From a bacterium (lineage in GTDB: Bacteria > Zhuqueibacterota > Zhuqueibacteria > Residuimicrobiales > Krinioviventaceae): a stretch of DNA of 64,000 nt. A program made the position numbers and the translations under genes. Location of the stretch: contig CAXXMD010000003.1 in the NCBI GenBank assembly GCA_963675755.2, positions 1,056,001-1,120,000 of the forward strand. Reading direction: 5' to 3'. Position 1 is the stretch's first letter. Each line of letters begins with the position of its first letter. Positions 18,851-28,761 of this stretch are shown here, one piece after another. The notes under the pieces were generated by a model that was not told the origin of the DNA, ran no database searches, and saw only the letters and a program-made list of their open reading frames with translations.

Positions 18851-19806
18851 TCCCACTGTCTGCCTAAACGCAGTATCTGCTTTTTACCATCTTCGTCAGA
18901 TACAATCAGCACAGACACTTCGGGAAAGTCCTCAATATACTGCTCAATTTCTTCAAAATCCATTACCATGAATGCTGTGGACAATGCGTCACCTTCTGCT
19001 GCATCCGGGGTAAATACCCAGGTTGCCCGTTTACGTTTTAACGGCTGCCCGTTACGGGGATCAATAATGTGACTGCCCTTCATTAATCCCGAACTGCACA
19101 TGGCATTGTTCTCGAGATCAATTTTTTCCAGCACTTTGTTTGTAAAAGGATCGGTTATAGACACCGGCCAGCCTGCGCGTCCCGGCATGCGTCCTCGTGA
19201 AACAACAGAACTGTAACCGCCATGAATGAGCATATTTTCAATGTCCCACTCTTCAAGCTGTGTTGCCATTTCATCAACCGCATACCCTTTGCCATATCCA
19301 CCCAGATCAATGTTGACAGAATCCAATGATTTTGAAACGGAAAAATCATCCACATCAAAAAAGAGGAGATCCATACCTGTCTCATTTAATACTTTATCAA
19401 TCTCAGATTTGGAGGGATTACGTAAAGACTTGTCGGGATTCAGCCACAACTGCATCAACGAACCAATTGTCACATCAAATATGCCGTTGGTATGGTTGAA
19501 AAATTCCTGGCAGGCAAGCAGGCAATCGAACGCATCCTGTCCTACCCTTACCGGAGTATCTGCTGCTGCAACATTTATACGGGTAATATCGCTCCCCTCA
19601 ACATACTTGCTGAGGTCCCCTTCGAGCTGATCAAGTAAAATAAAGCCTTCATGTGCTGCCTGGGCTGCATATTGTTTATCCTGGTCCGCAATATAAATTT
19701 CATATACGGTGCCCATGGCTTCGTGTTCAAAACGGTGCACATTTTTTTGGGCGGCTACGCCCTCCGGATGGATGGTCCGGTCCAGCGAAATGTCATTCTC
19801 TTTCAT
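18847..19806 (-). CDS. apbE: FAD:protein FMN transferase (ApbE family), no signal peptide
   Basis: AMGT, FDVTIG, IDLGGYGKGYAVD, HIIDPRNG and DALSTAF motifs. Confidence 0.9.
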   Translation of the reverse strand: MKENDISLDRTIHPEGVAAQKNVHRFEHEAMGTVYEIYIADQDKQYAAQAAHEGFILLDQLEGDLSKYVEGSDITRINVAAADTPVRVGQDAFDCLLACQEFFNHTNGIFDVTIGSLMQLWLNPDKSLRNPSKSEIDKVLNETGMDLLFFDVDDFSVSKSLDSVNIDLGGYGKGYAVDEMATQLEEWDIENMLIHGGYSSVVSRGRMPGRAGWPVSITDPFTNKVLEKIDLENNAMCSSGLMKGSHIIDPRNGQPLKRKRATWVFTPDAAEGDALSTAFMVMDFEEIEQYIEDFPEVSVLIVSDEDGKKQILRLGRQWD

Positions 19807-21403
19807 TTTCCTTTTCTTGATTTGTTATTGGTGGTTGTTCATAGTAATATTTATCAAATAAAGATTTTACAACATAGCCTCTTATTTCAATCATTGGCCG
19901 CAGTTCGCGGTAATCGTCAAACAGGGGCATATACAACTCCCTGTGACCTGGTGGTGGAATTTCATACAATTTCCGTGCCAGTTCAGACTCTAAAGCGGGA
20001 GTAACAAGCACAATAGGTGCTGCCGGAGTATCCATATTTACCTCAGTCCACCATCCAATTCTGGGAAACTCGCGTAAATACCAGGGCAATGGCCAGTAAT
20101 CTCCACCAGCACAAATTACATCTATCCGAACGTTGTTACCATCCGGATGATATTTCGCAACTGCTGTTACTTTGTCTCTAATGGCAAAAACATCTTTTTG
20201 CGGATGAGAAAACACCCAAGGATTGGAAGGATCGTCATAATATTTAAAATTTCCCAGCAGAGATTGCCATAACAGATTGGCAGAGCCTAACAGCAACAGA
20301 AAAACAATACCGCCAATTACCATGCGGTTACGTATTATTGACAACAGGAAAACCAGGCCTGCGGCAGCTAAAATTATAAATCCATGCCAAAAGCCAAGAA
20401 CAATCCAGGGGGTTTTATAAGGAATGGCGGAATAAAGAACTGTTAAAATCAAAGTAAACAAGGCAATAAATCTGAGCAAATTCTCATCAATTCGAGAACT
20501 GCACCGCCCGCTGAAAACAGCCCAAAGTCCTACCAGTGCCAGGGCAAAGATAAATCCCTCACTCCAGTTCACACCATATGTCGCAGGATTATATAATAAT
20601 ATTTTTAAATACCAGTACCAGGGATAAATATGAATATCAAAATTACCCGCCTTGTTGAAATAATTGGTAAATGTAATTACAGAATCAACTATACCACGCG
20701 GATTTGCAAAAAAGGAAGAAAAAAACAATATCGATACACCCACAGCAGACAAAAACAAGGCGGCTACATGGTCCCAACGAACCAACTTTAAATATTCACG
20801 AGTAGCAATAGGGTGCCAGGCAAAAGCATTTATCAGCAATGCAAGCCCCATAGCTCCCCACACAATAATACAGGTCTCTTTGGTAGCGTGCATCAACCCA
20901 ATAAACACTCCCATCCATATAGCCCAGGCAATATGGTGGGTCTTTAAATATCGATAAGCGGAAACAATTACCCCAAATGAAAACGCAACCAGGAGTATTT
21001 CCATAATATAATATCTGCTGTAAAACACCATAACAGGAGAAATCGCTGTTAGGAATCCGGCCGATATTACAATTGGCCAGCCCAGTCCTTTTACAAGGGG
21101 AAACAACAAAAGAATAAGCAGCAGACCAAAAAAGACGGTAACCACTCGCAAAGTAAACTCGTCCAGTTCAGGATACGTAAACTGGCCTCTTAGAACAGCT
21201 GGAACAAGGGAGAAATAATTTAATGTAGGACCATGATACTCGTGCCAGTCATACTTGTAGTCATTATGTTCAATCAATTCCCCAAGTTTAACAGCATGAA
21301 TGGCTTCATCCGTGTGCAGGGCACGAATAGAAAGCTGCGGCAAGCGTATGGCTGCCGCAGCTAAAATAACAATTATAAAAAGAATTAATTTTTTTGTTTT
21401 CAC
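19793..21403 (-). CDS. TIGR03663-like GT-C/PMT-family membrane glycosyltransferase
   Basis: R..H.DEAIHA, YHGP, FYSRYYIME, ATKET, YKTPW and YWPLPWYLR motifs; multiple TM; GTG start overlaps the upstream stop. Confidence 0.75.
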   Translation of the reverse strand: MKTKKLILFIIVILAAAAIRLPQLSIRALHTDEAIHAVKLGELIEHNDYKYDWHEYHGPTLNYFSLVPAVLRGQFTYPELDEFTLRVVTVFFGLLLILLLFPLVKGLGWPIVISAGFLTAISPVMVFYSRYYIMEILLVAFSFGVIVSAYRYLKTHHIAWAIWMGVFIGLMHATKETCIIVWGAMGLALLINAFAWHPIATREYLKLVRWDHVAALFLSAVGVSILFFSSFFANPRGIVDSVITFTNYFNKAGNFDIHIYPWYWYLKILLYNPATYGVNWSEGFIFALALVGLWAVFSGRCSSRIDENLLRFIALFTLILTVLYSAIPYKTPWIVLGFWHGFIILAAAGLVFLLSIIRNRMVIGGIVFLLLLGSANLLWQSLLGNFKYYDDPSNPWVFSHPQKDVFAIRDKVTAVAKYHPDGNNVRIDVICAGGDYWPLPWYLREFPRIGWWTEVNMDTPAAPIVLVTPALESELARKLYEIPPPGHRELYMPLFDDYRELRPMIEIRGYVVKSLFDKYYYEQPPITNQEKENERE

Positions 21404-22101
21404 TTCACCGGTTTGCCGTATACGGCGACTTCGATATAGTGGTTAAGGTCGTTATTGCTATTGCCAGCGCTATAACAGCGAACATAGCGGCCTTTAACAC
21501 CTTTGGCGTCAATCAGACGACCTTCAGAAGTTTCAACATAATGTTTATCACTTCCTGCGCCCAAACCAGCAGAGTTGTCAATGTCATTATTATAAATGGT
21601 ACTTACATTCTGGGTAAAATCAGCATCATCAGCAACCTGAACAATCACATCAAAATAAACACGTGCCTGTTTGTGGAAATGCCACAAAACAACCGCATAA
21701 ATATTACTTTGTTCTTCCAGATCAATGGTTACATGCTGCAAAAAGGGTCCAAGCTCTACATAGCTGCCATCTGCGGCTTCTTTGTCATTATCGGTAATCA
21801 TATCAATTTCACCAATAATAGGCATATCATCGGTACTGGTTACCGGTTTTCCTTCAGCAAGATTTACTGTGCCTTTAGGTGCCAAAAATGGTGCACGGGC
21901 TTTACCCAATGGTTTTTCAAGGTTAGGTACGTTCAAATTTTGAGGAGTTCCCACAAACATCGGTTTGGGCAATTCCAATGGAATTGGTTCCATATCTTGC
22001 GCTTGTGCTTTGGATGTCATAACATCCACACCAATAACTGACAATGTCAAAGTCAGTGCAAATGACAAAATATAGGTACGCATAAGGAATTTACTCAACA
22101 T
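21400..22101 (-). CDS. Exported discoidin/F5-8-like (galactose-binding fold) protein
   Basis: Signal peptide; NLAEGKPVTS, ITDNDK, VTIDL, GRYVR and EVAVYG motifs; Pro-rich N-terminus. Confidence 0.7.
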   Translation of the reverse strand: MLSKFLMRTYILSFALTLTLSVIGVDVMTSKAQAQDMEPIPLELPKPMFVGTPQNLNVPNLEKPLGKARAPFLAPKGTVNLAEGKPVTSTDDMPIIGEIDMITDNDKEAADGSYVELGPFLQHVTIDLEEQSNIYAVVLWHFHKQARVYFDVIVQVADDADFTQNVSTIYNNDIDNSAGLGAGSDKHYVETSEGRLIDAKGVKGRYVRCYSAGNSNNDLNHYIEVAVYGKPVK

Positions 22102-22198
22102 GGCTATACTCTCCTTTTTCATATGCCAATGTACTTATTTTCATGTTAAACATTTAACGATCTGACAGTTCAATAGTTTCAAATCAAATCGCAGGAAT

Positions 22199-22227
22199 AA
22201 TATAACATGTATTAAAAAAATATGCAA
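22199..22227 (-). promoter_or_regulatory. Putative sigma70 promoter of the discoidin/GT-C/ApbE operon
   Basis: Minus strand TTGCAT-17 bp-TATATT. Confidence 0.6.
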
Positions 22228-22277
22228 ACAAAAACAATATAAAATTAAATTCGTTTAAAAACAGTCACTTATACTAC

Positions 22278-22302
22278 AAAAACGCCCGCAAGGGGCGTTT
22301 TT
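22278..22302 (-). terminator. Intrinsic terminator
   Basis: AAAAACGCCC-GCAAG-GGGCGTTTTT. Confidence 0.85.
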
Positions 22303-22305
22303 AAT

Positions 22306-23751
22306 TTATAATTCTTTAATTTTCAAGTTTCTAAACCAAACAGGCTGACCATGGTCCTGAAAGCCTATATGACCTTCTCTAACCATATCTTTATAAGCGT
22401 ATTTGAATTTATTCGGGGTACCATCCGGATTTTTACCAGCTTCTGTCCAGTCATTCAGATCCATTTCAATAATCTGTTCACCGTTTTGCACAACCCAAAT
22501 CATGTTATCTTTACAGGTAATGGTATAATGGTTCCATTCATTGGCTTTTTTCTGATTCTGCACTTTGGGTGCTTTTACATCATAGATCGCGCCACACATT
22601 CCAATTCTTGCTCCATCTGTGGTTTCATGCACTTGCACTTCAATGCTGGTATGGGTTGTGTTTTCAAGATCGCTGCAACGGAAAAATACACCGCTGTTTG
22701 CACCTTCAGAAACCTTATATTCTACGTCCAGAATAAAATCACCATAACGTTCTTCGGTCCAGATATAACCCTTATGGTGCCAGGTCAGTTCACCATTTTC
22801 CCAGGTCCATGCACCAGGATTCATAACTGCATTTGACAGATCACATTTGAGCAAGCACTTCCAACCGGAAGGATTCAAAGATTGCGCAACATGGTTGAAA
22901 TATTTTACACAATCACGAATTTCTGGAACAGAAAATTCCCAGTTGTGCTCATATTCAATTGAAAAAGTACCTTTGTAACCCTGTTTGTGCAGCAGTTCCA
23001 TAATGCCTTTAACATCTGCTTTTCCTGTGCCCCACTGAACATCGTGAGCGTCTTTTCTACCAAAAGAATTCAAATCTTTAAAATGTAAAGCAATCAGACG
23101 GTCACCCAACTTTTCAATTGCTTCTTTGGGGTCAATACCTGAACGCATCCAGTGACCGGTGTCTCCCATCGCGCCAATCCATTTGCTGCGGCCCTTGCAA
23201 ACCTTGAGAACGGTTTCGGGATCCCAGTAATGAGAAGGTTTGGGATGATTGTGAATAGCTACATTAATCTTGTATTCCTGACACAATTTATCAATCAAAT
23301 CAAATGCTTCTTCCGGGGGTTCAGAAGCGATGGTTTCAATTCCCATGTCTTTACAAAAATCAAAAACTTTACGGCACTCTTTTTCGTCATTCGGAAGGCT
23401 GATCACACCGTAATTCACCAGGGTCATTCCATATTCTTTTAATCTGGCTTTAATTTCAGCTCTTTTTTCTGCGGGCATGTCTGTGGTGGTTTTCATGTTT
23501 GGATCATCTTTGCTGATAACCTGTCCCGGGTACATTTCAACCCAATCGAGTCCCAGAGATGCCATTTTATCCAATGCTTCATAAAAGGTATAACGGTTAA
23601 AGGTGTATGCCTGTGCACCCAATCGCCAGCCTTCATAAGCATCAGTTGCGGGATGATATGTTGTAGGAAGTTCTTCGGCAAAAGTCATTACCGAACAGAC
23701 CAAAATCAGGGCACCAATCAGTGCCAACTTTAAAGATTTTTTAATACTCAT
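22306..23751 (-). CDS. AP_endonuc_2 TIM-barrel isomerase-like domain fused to DUF1080 3-keto-disaccharide hydrolase
   Basis: AIHNH, DTGHW, HFKD and SIEYE in the N-terminal part; NSGVFFR, EVQV, EWNHY and GHIGFQDHG..VWFRNLKIKEL in the C-terminal part; signal peptide. Confidence 0.88.
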   Translation of the reverse strand: MSIKKSLKLALIGALILVCSVMTFAEELPTTYHPATDAYEGWRLGAQAYTFNRYTFYEALDKMASLGLDWVEMYPGQVISKDDPNMKTTTDMPAEKRAEIKARLKEYGMTLVNYGVISLPNDEKECRKVFDFCKDMGIETIASEPPEEAFDLIDKLCQEYKINVAIHNHPKPSHYWDPETVLKVCKGRSKWIGAMGDTGHWMRSGIDPKEAIEKLGDRLIALHFKDLNSFGRKDAHDVQWGTGKADVKGIMELLHKQGYKGTFSIEYEHNWEFSVPEIRDCVKYFNHVAQSLNPSGWKCLLKCDLSNAVMNPGAWTWENGELTWHHKGYIWTEERYGDFILDVEYKVSEGANSGVFFRCSDLENTTHTSIEVQVHETTDGARIGMCGAIYDVKAPKVQNQKKANEWNHYTITCKDNMIWVVQNGEQIIEMDLNDWTEAGKNPDGTPNKFKYAYKDMVREGHIGFQDHGQPVWFRNLKIKEL

Positions 23752-23785
23752 GAGTCATCCTATTTTTGATAAACTTGAAGAAAGG

Positions 23786-23817
23786 AAAAAGAACTGCCGG
23801 CATGGGACCGGCAGTTC
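23786..23817 (-). terminator. Intrinsic terminator
   Basis: GAACTGCCGG/CCGGCAGTTC stem with a U run on the minus strand. Confidence 0.75.
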
Positions 23818-23826
23818 CTGAATTTA

Positions 23827-25230
23827 TTAATATTCTAATTTCCAACCATTGCGATAGTCGGTATGAACTAATTCATTAGCTTTATCATTGTTGGTGAATT
23901 TCATATTTTTTGCATCCCATTGCAGGATTTTGTTATCATCCTGTAACAATGTTGCAATATTTCCAAGCATCATAGCTTCAGTCAGGGGACCGGAATATGA
24001 AAAATCAGTGGTTGATTTTTTACCATCTTTAATAGCCTGGATCCATTCCGCGTAAATACCAGGTGAACGTTCGATGGTTTTCTTGGGTTGTTTGTATTTT
24101 TTCATCTTGGCTTCGGGAATGATACGTGGGCTGCTGCCATAGGTACCACACATAATTGTGCCTTCAGTACCAACAAACAGTACACCACCACCACCGTCAC
24201 CCATACGACGACCATCTTCCAACTCTTTCGGACGTGGTGGTGTTAATCCACCATCATACCAGGTCAATTCAACAGGAGCCATTTTTCCACGTTTGGGGAA
24301 TGTAAAATGTACGGTAGATGCCAATGGGAAAGAATCAGACCATAAATCTGAAGAAGATGCCTGAATAGTTTCAGGAGCTTCCAACTTTAATGCCCACCAG
24401 GGATGATCAATCAAGTGTGCACCCATATCGCCAACAGCACCGGTTCCAAAATCTTTCCAGCCTCTCCATGCAAATGGATGATATGCAGGATGATAAGGAC
24501 GCCATGGGGCAGGTCCTAAGAACAGGTCCCAATCCAGTGTTGGGGGAACTGAAGGAATTTCTTTGGGTGCATCAATACCCTGCGGCCATACCGGACGGTT
24601 GGTCCAAACATGAACGCGGGTAACATCACCAATAGCTCCGTCCCAGATCCATTCGTTGATCAGGCGTGCATCTTCACTTGCATGGCCCTGGTTACCCATC
24701 TGGGTTACAACATCCATCTCTTTGGCTGTTTTAGCAAGCATACGTGCTTCATATACAGAGTGGGTCAAAGGTTTCTGGCAATAAACATGTTTTTTCATAC
24801 TCATCGCTTTCATCGCGATTGTCGCATGTGTATGGTCCGGAGTACTGATAGTTACAGCATCAATTTCCGGCATAGAATCTAACATTTCACGAAAATCACG
24901 GAAACGTTTTGCATTCTTGAACAGTATAGGCAGGTTAGGATGTTTTTCTTTATCTCTATCTACATGTTCTTTAAATTTACCAAACATAGTGTCATCAACA
25001 TCGCAAAGCGCAATTACATTTTCAGAACTTACGCCACTTATATCAGATTTTCCTTTGCCACCGATACCAATTGCAGCTATATTTAATTTATCACTTGGAG
25101 CTGTTTTTCCATTACCTGCCAATACACTATTGGGCACAATGGAAAACGCAGCAGCGGCTGCAGCTGCTCCACCAATAAATTCACGACGATTCATACCTTC
25201 GCCTTTTTTATCTTGTTCATTACCTTTCAC
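23827..25230 (-). CDS. Tat-exported Gfo/Idh/MocA oxidoreductase
   Basis: NRREFI Tat motif; IGIGGKG, TPDHTH, CQKPL, QMGNQ and DMGAH motifs. Confidence 0.92.
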   Translation of the reverse strand: MKGNEQDKKGEGMNRREFIGGAAAAAAAFSIVPNSVLAGNGKTAPSDKLNIAAIGIGGKGKSDISGVSSENVIALCDVDDTMFGKFKEHVDRDKEKHPNLPILFKNAKRFRDFREMLDSMPEIDAVTISTPDHTHATIAMKAMSMKKHVYCQKPLTHSVYEARMLAKTAKEMDVVTQMGNQGHASEDARLINEWIWDGAIGDVTRVHVWTNRPVWPQGIDAPKEIPSVPPTLDWDLFLGPAPWRPYHPAYHPFAWRGWKDFGTGAVGDMGAHLIDHPWWALKLEAPETIQASSSDLWSDSFPLASTVHFTFPKRGKMAPVELTWYDGGLTPPRPKELEDGRRMGDGGGGVLFVGTEGTIMCGTYGSSPRIIPEAKMKKYKQPKKTIERSPGIYAEWIQAIKDGKKSTTDFSYSGPLTEAMMLGNIATLLQDDNKILQWDAKNMKFTNNDKANELVHTDYRNGWKLEY

Positions 25231-25342
25231 AGTTGACCTCCTTAAATATTAAAAAACTCTTATCATGGAAATTACTAATTTATCCCGTTACATTCAATGA
25301 ATAAGCAAAAGGTGTTATACATTTTACAAATTTTTACAAAAA

Positions 25343-27397
25343 TCAACTATTTATCTTTTGCAATACCTTGTTTGCAGTATTGATAACACTATCGTTATCT
25401 GTTTGCTTCAACACTTTATTCATTATCTCTGTAACATACGCGGGATCAAGTTGATATACTCTGTTACCAATTTCGGTTGCCGCTACTTCGGCTTCACGTT
25501 TTAAATTTTCATTTCCAAGATAACTTGCAACCATAGTCAATGCATTTATACTGCGTAATTCGGAAACACCCGAAAGAACCATACGCTGTTCAGACACTTC
25601 ACCTGCTAAATCCATTGCCACTTTGTATAATACCAAAGATTCTTCGTCATTACGTCTGCTATCCAGTTTTAATAGATCCAGATAACCACGCAATGCAAGA
25701 ATTTTAACTGTTCCATCATCAGTTGCTTTTGCAATGGTTAACAGATCGTCGATTGGGCTGGTATCAGTCCAAAGAGCCAGCGCGCGTACCGCTGCTTTTT
25801 GCAGCTCTACATTATCAGAGTTGAGATTTTTACGCATCAATGTTAATGCTTGCTGATCACCCAAGCGACCCAATGCTTGCAGTAATGCGCTCTTTGCTTC
25901 AATATTTTCTTCTTTTTCTGCCGCTTTACGAATTTTTTCTCCCCTGTCACCATCAATCATTAAAGCAACCGCAACCAGGGTTTTTACAGCTTCCTGACGA
26001 ATAGTATTATTTTCTTCATTTACAGTTAAATTGATGAGCTCATCAAAATTATCAGGAGTTGACAAAGTTGCTAATGCTTTGAATGCTTCCCGACGAACAA
26101 CACGGTCATTATCTTTTGCGGTTTTTAACAACATATCTGTTGCTGTTTTAATATTTCTTGCACCTGCACTGCGTACCAATTCCGCTTTGATCTTGGAGCT
26201 TGAAGCATTCATGGAAGAGATGATCTTTTTATCAACTGCCGGAGCGTCCAGTCTGTCCAGACTCAGTTGGGCTGCTTCTTTTACATCGGCAGAACTATTG
26301 GCAGCTATCTCTGCTAACAAATCTACATCAGAATCATCACCAATCCGGGACAATGCTTTCAATGCTGCAATTTTGATCTGTTCGTCATTAGATTTTACAG
26401 CACTTAGAACAGCCGTTTTAGCACCCACTTCGCGACGGTCTGCCAGTGCAGTCAACAATCTTACCTGACCCATTTCTGATAGTTTGTCAAGCTTGGCAAT
26501 CAAAGGTTCGAGATTGCTTTTTGCCGGCAATTCTTTTACAAGACCAATTGCTGCGGTTTGAATTGCTACATCTTTATCCAAAGCTTTTACAAGTATATCT
26601 ACAGCACCCGCTCCCGATGTTGCCACCATACCTCTTAATGCAGCAATACGTGCAGGAGTAGATTTTTCGTTTTCATAAACAGATTCATAAATTTTCACTG
26701 CCGCATCTTTATTTTTAGCAGCAAGACCATCAGCACTCTGCAGCCATGCATCAAGCGCCAGTGCTTTTAAATCACCTTTGCTTTTTTTCACAACCTTGGC
26801 AAGTGCGTCAGCAGCATCAGTTGTTGCAATTTTTCCCAAAGCGGCAAGAGAAGAACCGGCAATTTCTGCATTTTTATCACCTGTAGTTTTTTCAAGGCTT
26901 TTTACTGCAGAAGCTGTTTTTCTCTGACCCAGTGTATTAATGATACCAACTTTAACATTTCCTTTTGATTTTCCAAGGGCTGCCAGGAGAGCATCATCTA
27001 CCGCTGTTCCGGGAATTCTTTCCAATGCATAAAGTGCAATATCAGATGTCTCTGAATTTTTAAGCAATTCACTCAATACCGGAACAGATTCACTGGTTCC
27101 AATAATAGAGAGCTGTTTACAAACAAATTGTTTTCCTGCAAATGTTGCGTCTGTTTTCAGAAAACTGATCATGGCTTTTTCAGCCGCAGCCTTATCTGCC
27201 TGCGAATCCAGAACATCTTTCATTAAATCGCTTAATTCAGACAATGCGGCACGACTCTGACCAAAATCATATGTTTGAATATCATTGAGCAGCGCGTTAA
27301 CTTTTTCTGTTGTTGTTTGAGAAAAAACTGCTGAAGCAGCAAAAACTGAAACACAAATCAGCAGAACATAAGCTGAAAAGTTTAAACGTTTTTTCAT
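25343..27397 (-). CDS. Exported HEAT/PBS-lyase repeat protein
   Basis: Signal peptide; recurring ALxALGxIG helical repeats. Confidence 0.85.
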   Translation of the reverse strand: MKKRLNFSAYVLLICVSVFAASAVFSQTTTEKVNALLNDIQTYDFGQSRAALSELSDLMKDVLDSQADKAAAEKAMISFLKTDATFAGKQFVCKQLSIIGTSESVPVLSELLKNSETSDIALYALERIPGTAVDDALLAALGKSKGNVKVGIINTLGQRKTASAVKSLEKTTGDKNAEIAGSSLAALGKIATTDAADALAKVVKKSKGDLKALALDAWLQSADGLAAKNKDAAVKIYESVYENEKSTPARIAALRGMVATSGAGAVDILVKALDKDVAIQTAAIGLVKELPAKSNLEPLIAKLDKLSEMGQVRLLTALADRREVGAKTAVLSAVKSNDEQIKIAALKALSRIGDDSDVDLLAEIAANSSADVKEAAQLSLDRLDAPAVDKKIISSMNASSSKIKAELVRSAGARNIKTATDMLLKTAKDNDRVVRREAFKALATLSTPDNFDELINLTVNEENNTIRQEAVKTLVAVALMIDGDRGEKIRKAAEKEENIEAKSALLQALGRLGDQQALTLMRKNLNSDNVELQKAAVRALALWTDTSPIDDLLTIAKATDDGTVKILALRGYLDLLKLDSRRNDEESLVLYKVAMDLAGEVSEQRMVLSGVSELRSINALTMVASYLGNENLKREAEVAATEIGNRVYQLDPAYVTEIMNKVLKQTDNDSVINTANKVLQKINS

Positions 27398-27446
27398 GTG
27401 AACCATCCTCTACTCTATTTATAGTTTAATTTTATTTACCAGACTA

Positions 27447-28754
27447 TTATAATTTCCAGGGGCTTCTCATTGCCCGAGACAAATACCGGTTTGCTTCCGG
27501 ATTGTTTACATACTGTTCTTTTTCCGGATCCCAGTACAGTTTCTGTCCCATTTTGATAGCTGTCAAGCCCAGATGCGCCACCATTATGGAACGATGCGAA
27601 ACTCTGGCAGGTGCAATGGGCTCCTGACGAGTACGTACACAATCCAAAAAGTTTTGGCGGTGATCATTACTTTCATACAAATGTACTTCATTAGGACCAA
27701 TAGTAGATCGAAGTAACGATTTGGGATGCGCATCGATCTCTCCACGCGTAACATAAACCCATCCTTCGGTACCTTCAAATATTACACCCATACCACGTGG
27801 ATGGCGGTCCCTGTCCATAACTTTAATCGTAAATCCTTTTTTATATTTACAATCAAACTCATAACTCTCCATGGTATCATAGAGAATTGTATCTCCTGAC
27901 GGAAAAACTCCGGTACCTTCAATTTCAATAGGAGCAGTCATTTCCGAATCCATGCCCCATTGAGCTATATCAATATGGTGGCCTGCCCAATCGGTAAGCT
28001 GTCCACCCGAATAATCGCTGATCCAGCGAAAATTCCAGTGGCATCTACCGGGACTATAAGGAACTTTGGGTGCGGGTCCCAACCACATGTCATAATCAAA
28101 ACCTTCCGGGGGTTTGGTAAATTCAACACCCACATCGCGGATGCTGCTTTTTGAGGGCAAACCTACTTTGACCATATCTACCTGGCCTATTCTGCCGTTT
28201 CTTACCAATTCGCAGGCAAAACGAAAATTACTGCTTGATCGCTGCTGACTGCCGGTTTGAAAAACAATTCCATATTTTTCAACCGCGTCAAGTATGGCAC
28301 GACCTTCAGCAATAGTATATCCCAGTGGTTTTTCCTGGTATATATCCAAACCTTTTCTGGCAGCACGTGTAGATACAATTGCATGCCAATGATCAGGTGT
28401 TGCATTACAAATGGCATCCAGATCATCTCTATCAAGTAATTCACGAAAATCATTATAGGTTTCACAATCCTGATTCCCATATTTTCTATCTATCATTTCT
28501 TTTGCTTCATTACGATGATCCGTATCTACATCACAAACCGCAACAACATGCGCATCAGATTTCCCCAAAAACCCGTTCAAATTACCGGTACCCATACCCC
28601 CAAGTCCGATAAAGCCCATTACTATACGATCATTTGCAGCTACAGCTCCATTCTTTCCCAATGCAGTTGCAGGGACGATTGTCGGAAAAGCTGCCGCGCC
28701 CGCACTTAGTGCCGCCGCTTTTAAAAATTGTCGTCTTTTCAAAAGTGCCTCCAT
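27447..28754 (-). CDS. Tat-exported Gfo/Idh/MocA oxidoreductase
   Basis: KRRQFLK; IGLGGMG, TPDHWH, QEKP, QTGSQQRS and DWAGHH motifs. Confidence 0.92.
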   Translation of the reverse strand: MEALLKRRQFLKAAALSAGAAAFPTIVPATALGKNGAVAANDRIVMGFIGLGGMGTGNLNGFLGKSDAHVVAVCDVDTDHRNEAKEMIDRKYGNQDCETYNDFRELLDRDDLDAICNATPDHWHAIVSTRAARKGLDIYQEKPLGYTIAEGRAILDAVEKYGIVFQTGSQQRSSSNFRFACELVRNGRIGQVDMVKVGLPSKSSIRDVGVEFTKPPEGFDYDMWLGPAPKVPYSPGRCHWNFRWISDYSGGQLTDWAGHHIDIAQWGMDSEMTAPIEIEGTGVFPSGDTILYDTMESYEFDCKYKKGFTIKVMDRDRHPRGMGVIFEGTEGWVYVTRGEIDAHPKSLLRSTIGPNEVHLYESNDHRQNFLDCVRTRQEPIAPARVSHRSIMVAHLGLTAIKMGQKLYWDPEKEQYVNNPEANRYLSRAMRSPWKL

Positions 28755-28761
28755 GTATTTT

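Noticed and set aside
21394-22041. 215-aa plus-strand ORF (likewise 46585-47178 and other short overlapping ORFs)
   Set aside because: Antisense shadows of well-supported genes
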